Shown: positions 24,055-27,257 of the stretch, in pieces | Layout of the letters: each line of letters opens with the position of its first letter | Position numbering within the stretch: the first letter of the stretch is position 1 | From: a virus | Taxonomy: Duplodnaviria > Caudoviricetes | Virus record (IMG/VR): IMGVR_UViG_3300037706_000044 | Location: 1 to 27,257 of that record | Length of the DNA stretch: 27,257 bases | Reading direction: 5' to 3' (one strand) | The notes under the pieces: generated by a model | What the model saw: the letters and a program-made list of their open reading frames with translations, nothing else | The model's database searches: none | What the model was told of the DNA's origin: nothing | Translations under genes and position numbers: made by a program

Positions 24055-24998
24055 AATTGCGCCAGTTCGTGCTTGACCATCCGGGCGATCATTTCCTCAA
24101 ACGGCACCGTCGGCCGCCAGCCCAGGACGTCGCGGATCTTGGCCGCGTCGCCACGCAGGAACTCCACATCCGCTGGCCGGTAGAACTGCGGGTCGATCAC
24201 CACATGGTCGCGGTAGTCCAGGCCCACCTCGCGGAACGCGACTTCGCACAATTCCTTGACTTGGCGCGAGTCGCCGGTGGCGACCACAAAATCGTCCGGC
24301 TCGGCATGATTGCCGATCACCTGTATAGCGTTCATGTAGTCCGGGGCGTAACCCCAGTCGCGGTACGAGTTGATGTTCCCCAGCCGCACGGTCCGGTCCA
24401 GACCGCGGGAAATCCGTGCCGCCGCTGTTGTTACTTTCCGCGAGACGAACTCGGGGCCACGTCGGGGGCTCTCGTGGTTGAACATGATCGCCGTTGCGGC
24501 GAAGATCCCGTGGCTCTCCCGATAGTTCACGGTGGTGAAGTGCGCGAACAGCTTCGCCACACCGTAGGGCGAGCGCGGGTGGAAGTTCGTGGTCTCGTTC
24601 TGCGGCGGCGGGTTGGACCCGAACATCTCCGACGAGGACGCCTGGACGAACCGGATCTGCGGGTCGACCTGGCGGATCGCCTCGAGCATCCGCAGGCACC
24701 CCAGGCCGGTGATTTCGCTGACCAGGGTCGGCTGGTCCCAACTCATGCCGACGAACGTGATCGCGGCCAGGTTGTAGACGATGTCCGGACGGGCCGTCTC
24801 CAGTGCCCGGTGCAGTGACGACGGGTCGAGTAGGTCGCCGGGAACCCAGCGGATGGTGGGCACCAGCGACTCAACCCAAGCTTTCTTCGGGTGGTACTGG
24901 CCGTGCAGCAGCGCCCACACCTCATGGCCATCATTGCGGAGTTGCTCGGCCAGATACGAGCCGGACTGCCCGGTGACCCCGGTGATCAGCGCCCTCAC
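24051..24998 (-). CDS. gmd: GDP-mannose 4,6-dehydratase
   Basis: ALITGVTGQSGSYLAE, YNLAA, QASSSEMFG, RSPYGVAK, FNHESPRRG, RDWGYAPDY. Confidence 0.95.
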   Translation of the reverse strand: MRALITGVTGQSGSYLAEQLRNDGHEVWALLHGQYHPKKAWVESLVPTIRWVPGDLLDPSSLHRALETARPDIVYNLAAITFVGMSWDQPTLVSEITGLGCLRMLEAIRQVDPQIRFVQASSSEMFGSNPPPQNETTNFHPRSPYGVAKLFAHFTTVNYRESHGIFAATAIMFNHESPRRGPEFVSRKVTTAAARISRGLDRTVRLGNINSYRDWGYAPDYMNAIQVIGNHAEPDDFVVATGDSRQVKELCEVAFREVGLDYRDHVVIDPQFYRPADVEFLRGDAAKIRDVLGWRPTVPFEEMIARMVKHELAQL

Positions 24999-26173
24999 AG
25001 CAGCACCGGCATCGGCAGGGGCACCAGGAACCGGCCGCCAGCGGCCGTGTACGCCGCCTCACGGCGCAGAACCCCCGGCAGGTAGTTCCACGCCAGCAGC
25101 AGGTACACATCGGGCTCAGGGCGCTCCCCAGGGCCGCAGACGGGAATCTTCGAGCCCGGTGTATAGCGGCCTATCTTGTGCGGCGTTGTGTCAACGATGT
25201 GGTCGAGCCGGTCCGGTCCGATGCCGCAGAAGTTCAGCAGTGTCGCCGACTTCGCCGACGCCGCATACCCGGCGACCTTGCGGCCGGCGGCGATCTGCTC
25301 GTCGAGCAGGTCCAGCAGCCGGGCGCGAATGTGCTCGACCCGGCCTTGCAGGCCCAGGAACGTGGACGGCTGACGCAGCCACGCCGGCTCGGACAACTCG
25401 ATCGGCTCACCTCGGCCGAACATCACCCGGATCGACCCGCCCTGCGCCGGGGTCGGGATCACCGACCGGACGGCGAGACCGTGCCGTGCCGCCACCCGGG
25501 CCAGCGAATCGGCGGTGAAGTAGTAGCGGTGCTCGTGGTAGACGTGGTCGAACTGGCCGCCGGCGAGCAGATCCGCGAGGTACTGCACCTCGATCACGGC
25601 GACGCCGTCGGGGGCGAGTAGATGCTCGACGCCGGCGAAGAAGTCGTGCAGGTCCGATACGTGCGCGGCCACGTTGTTGGCGACCACCACGTCGGCGGCG
25701 CCATAACCGGCCACTATCCGGCGGGCCGTCTCCAACCCGAACAGCTCGTGCATTACGGTCAGGCCCTTGGCCCGCGCTGCGGTGGCCGGACCAGCCGCCG
25801 GTTCGACGCCTAGCGTGCGGCATTCGTGCTCGGTGAGCATCGTCCCGTCGTTGCAGGCGATCTCGACCAGGAATTTGCCGGCGTCCAGACTGAGCCGTTG
25901 CTTCAACTGCGCCGCGTAGTCGGCAAAGTACGACACCGCCGACGGGGACGAACCGGTGAAGAACGCGTAGTCCTCGCCGTACAGCAGCCCATCCGGCACG
26001 ACCTCGGTCAACTGGACCAGCCAGCAGGACGTGCACACCGCCAATTGCAGCGGATAGCGGTCCTCCGGCTCCTCGGCGGTCGCCGGGAACCGATCGGCCA
26101 GCGGCGAGTCACCCAAGTCGAGGAACGGCTGCAGGTCGCTCGAGCCGCAGCCGCCGCAGTGTGTCCTGTTCAT
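24995..26173 (-). CDS. NDP-sugar C-methyltransferase (TylCIII/TcaB9/NovU-like), 392 aa
   Basis: Zinc site CGGC...CTSC, LDLGDSPLAD, EIACNDG, YHEHRYYF, GYAASAKS, LLAWN; ATGA overlap at 26173. Confidence 0.9.
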   Translation of the reverse strand: MNRTHCGGCGSSDLQPFLDLGDSPLADRFPATAEEPEDRYPLQLAVCTSCWLVQLTEVVPDGLLYGEDYAFFTGSSPSAVSYFADYAAQLKQRLSLDAGKFLVEIACNDGTMLTEHECRTLGVEPAAGPATAARAKGLTVMHELFGLETARRIVAGYGAADVVVANNVAAHVSDLHDFFAGVEHLLAPDGVAVIEVQYLADLLAGGQFDHVYHEHRYYFTADSLARVAARHGLAVRSVIPTPAQGGSIRVMFGRGEPIELSEPAWLRQPSTFLGLQGRVEHIRARLLDLLDEQIAAGRKVAGYAASAKSATLLNFCGIGPDRLDHIVDTTPHKIGRYTPGSKIPVCGPGERPEPDVYLLLAWNYLPGVLRREAAYTAAGGRFLVPLPMPVLL

Positions 26174-26784
26174 GCAGCCGCCCCCCACTTGCCGCGGAAC
26201 CTGGTCACGGCCGCGTCCCAGCCGTCGAGTTGCGACACGTCCGACGGGTTGCAGGTGTTGTGCAGTACCGCCTGGCCGCCGGGCATGCAGTAGTTCGGCA
26301 GACCGCGAGCCAGCATCTGCTCGCAGATGTCGTGGTCGTACATGTGAAACCCGGTGTACGACTCGTCCCAGGCGAGATTCTGCGCCGTGGCGAGCAGCAG
26401 CCCGTCCAGGTAGGCGCATGGTCCGGTGCGGCCGAAGTCCAGCAGGCCCATCCTGGCGTCGACGGCGGCGCCGCGTCCCTCGCGGGCCTCCCACCACGGC
26501 ACGGCACGGTCAAAGCAGCCGATCAGCCCGACCATGCCGACCTTGTCGGTGCAGTGCTCGATCATCGCGGCCCGCAGCTCGGCGGGCTTGAGGATCTGCA
26601 CATCGGTGTGGACGTAGCAGCGGATCGGGTTCCGGGCCTTGGCTTGACCTTGGTTGTAGGCCACGGCGATCGACGGCGGGTCGTCCACCACGATGATCTC
26701 GTCGTCGTCCTTCAGGTCGATGGTGGCCAGCAGATTCGCGTCGAGGACCTGTCGGTTGTTCGACGCGGTGATGTACGAGATCAC
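26170..26784 (-). CDS. GT-A glycosyltransferase-like protein (Glyco_tranf_2_5-like), 204 aa
   Basis: SIAVAYNQG, YVHTDV, LDGLLLAT, FHMYDHDIC; GTGA overlap at 26784. Confidence 0.85.
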   Translation of the reverse strand: MISYITASNNRQVLDANLLATIDLKDDDEIIVVDDPPSIAVAYNQGQAKARNPIRCYVHTDVQILKPAELRAAMIEHCTDKVGMVGLIGCFDRAVPWWEAREGRGAAVDARMGLLDFGRTGPCAYLDGLLLATAQNLAWDESYTGFHMYDHDICEQMLARGLPNYCMPGGQAVLHNTCNPSDVSQLDGWDAAVTRFRGKWGAAA

Positions 26785-27257
26785 CCCAGGTGCTCGCGTA
26801 GCCGGGATCGGTACCGAGCCTCGTCGGCGTCCTTGTGGGCCACGCCGATCTCGTACACCTCGTCCCAGTCGGCCTTGCCGGTCATTGGGTGCATGTGCTC
26901 CACGACGGACGAGCGGGCGAACGCCCACACACCTCGCTGCTTGGCCGCGACGACGATCTCGTCGTCGACGAACCAGTGCCGATAGCCCTCATGGCAGACC
27001 ACTTTCGGCCCGTCCCATGACGCGCCGACCTCGTCCACATAGCTGCGGCGGATCAGCAGGTGGGTGGCGTGTACCCCGGCCATCACCCGCGGGTTCGCCA
27101 TGTCCATGGTGCCGATCACGTGGTAGCGGCGGGACGCGATCAGTTTGGCGTTGATGAGCCAGAAGCGGTGGAATCTCACGTCGTCGCCGACCAGGAACAG
27201 CCACGGCTCGTCGGTGGCCCGGTAGCCGGCGTTGACCCGCTGCGCGAACGACACCTC
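26781..27257 (-). CDS. GT-A glycosyltransferase, N-terminus beyond the window
   Basis: FAQRVNAG, WLFLVGDDVRF, HWFVDDE, VEHMHP; frame open to the window edge. Confidence 0.8.
   Translation of the reverse strand, partial: EVSFAQRVNAGYRATDEPWLFLVGDDVRFHRFWLINAKLIASRRYHVIGTMDMANPRVMAGVHATHLLIRRSYVDEVGASWDGPKVVCHEGYRHWFVDDEIVVAAKQRGVWAFARSSVVEHMHPMTGKADWDEVYEIGVAHKDADEARYRSRLREHLG

Larger units (their letters stand above)
1..27257. mobile_element. Temperate actinobacteriophage (siphovirus-like) genome segment, incomplete at both ends
   Basis: Contiguous tail, lysis, integrase/repressor and early modules in canonical siphovirus order; phage genes on both sides of the integrase; high GC; actinophage-type protein families (r1t-like holin, DUF6221-like, DUF4190-like). 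Confidence 0.95.

Noticed and set aside
26174-26497. Extended 500 aa start for the C-methyltransferase, and likewise the 26928 start for the adjacent GT
   Set aside because: Extensions overlap the neighbouring GT genes; family motifs begin at 26173 and 26784, each with a 4 bp overlap
21376-27257. Sugar genes as flanking host polysaccharide locus, Gtr-type serotype conversion or DNA hypermodification
   Set aside because: They are interleaved and translationally coupled with neck/tail genes, and no flippase, membrane GT-C or base-hydroxylating enzyme is visible; disfavoured but not experimentally excluded

Overview
The whole window is a GC-rich temperate actinobacterial siphovirus-type genome segment, shown in reverse orientation; I see no host genes. 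From right to left on the minus strand it carries a glycan cassette (three GT-A-type glycosyltransferases, a nucleotide-sugar C-methyltransferase and GDP-mannose 4,6-dehydratase). That cassette runs directly into the head-tail connector, tail terminator, a fourth (GT-B) glycosyltransferase, tail tube, HK97 gp10-like gene, tail chaperone with a probable -1 frameshift, tape measure and minor tail genes. An amidase/holin lysis cassette and a second block of fibre-like genes follow. A plus-strand block (4396-9220) holds the repressor, a tyrosine integrase and accessory genes, and a divergent early operon runs off the left edge. The main candidate for a new system is the phage-encoded pathway that appears to make a C-methyl-branched 6-deoxy GDP-sugar and transfer it with at least four glycosyltransferases co-expressed with neck and tail genes, most plausibly to glycosylate the virion. 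Other notable items are an integration-dependent-immunity-like switch (repressor ending -LAA, short integrase, palindromic AT-rich segment inside the repressor gene), mirror-image leaderless promoters sharing a TGACGGTCA operator, and an unannotated antisense membrane micro-gene with its own promoter just before the tape measure gene. All functional calls come from motifs and synteny read by eye; no searches were run.
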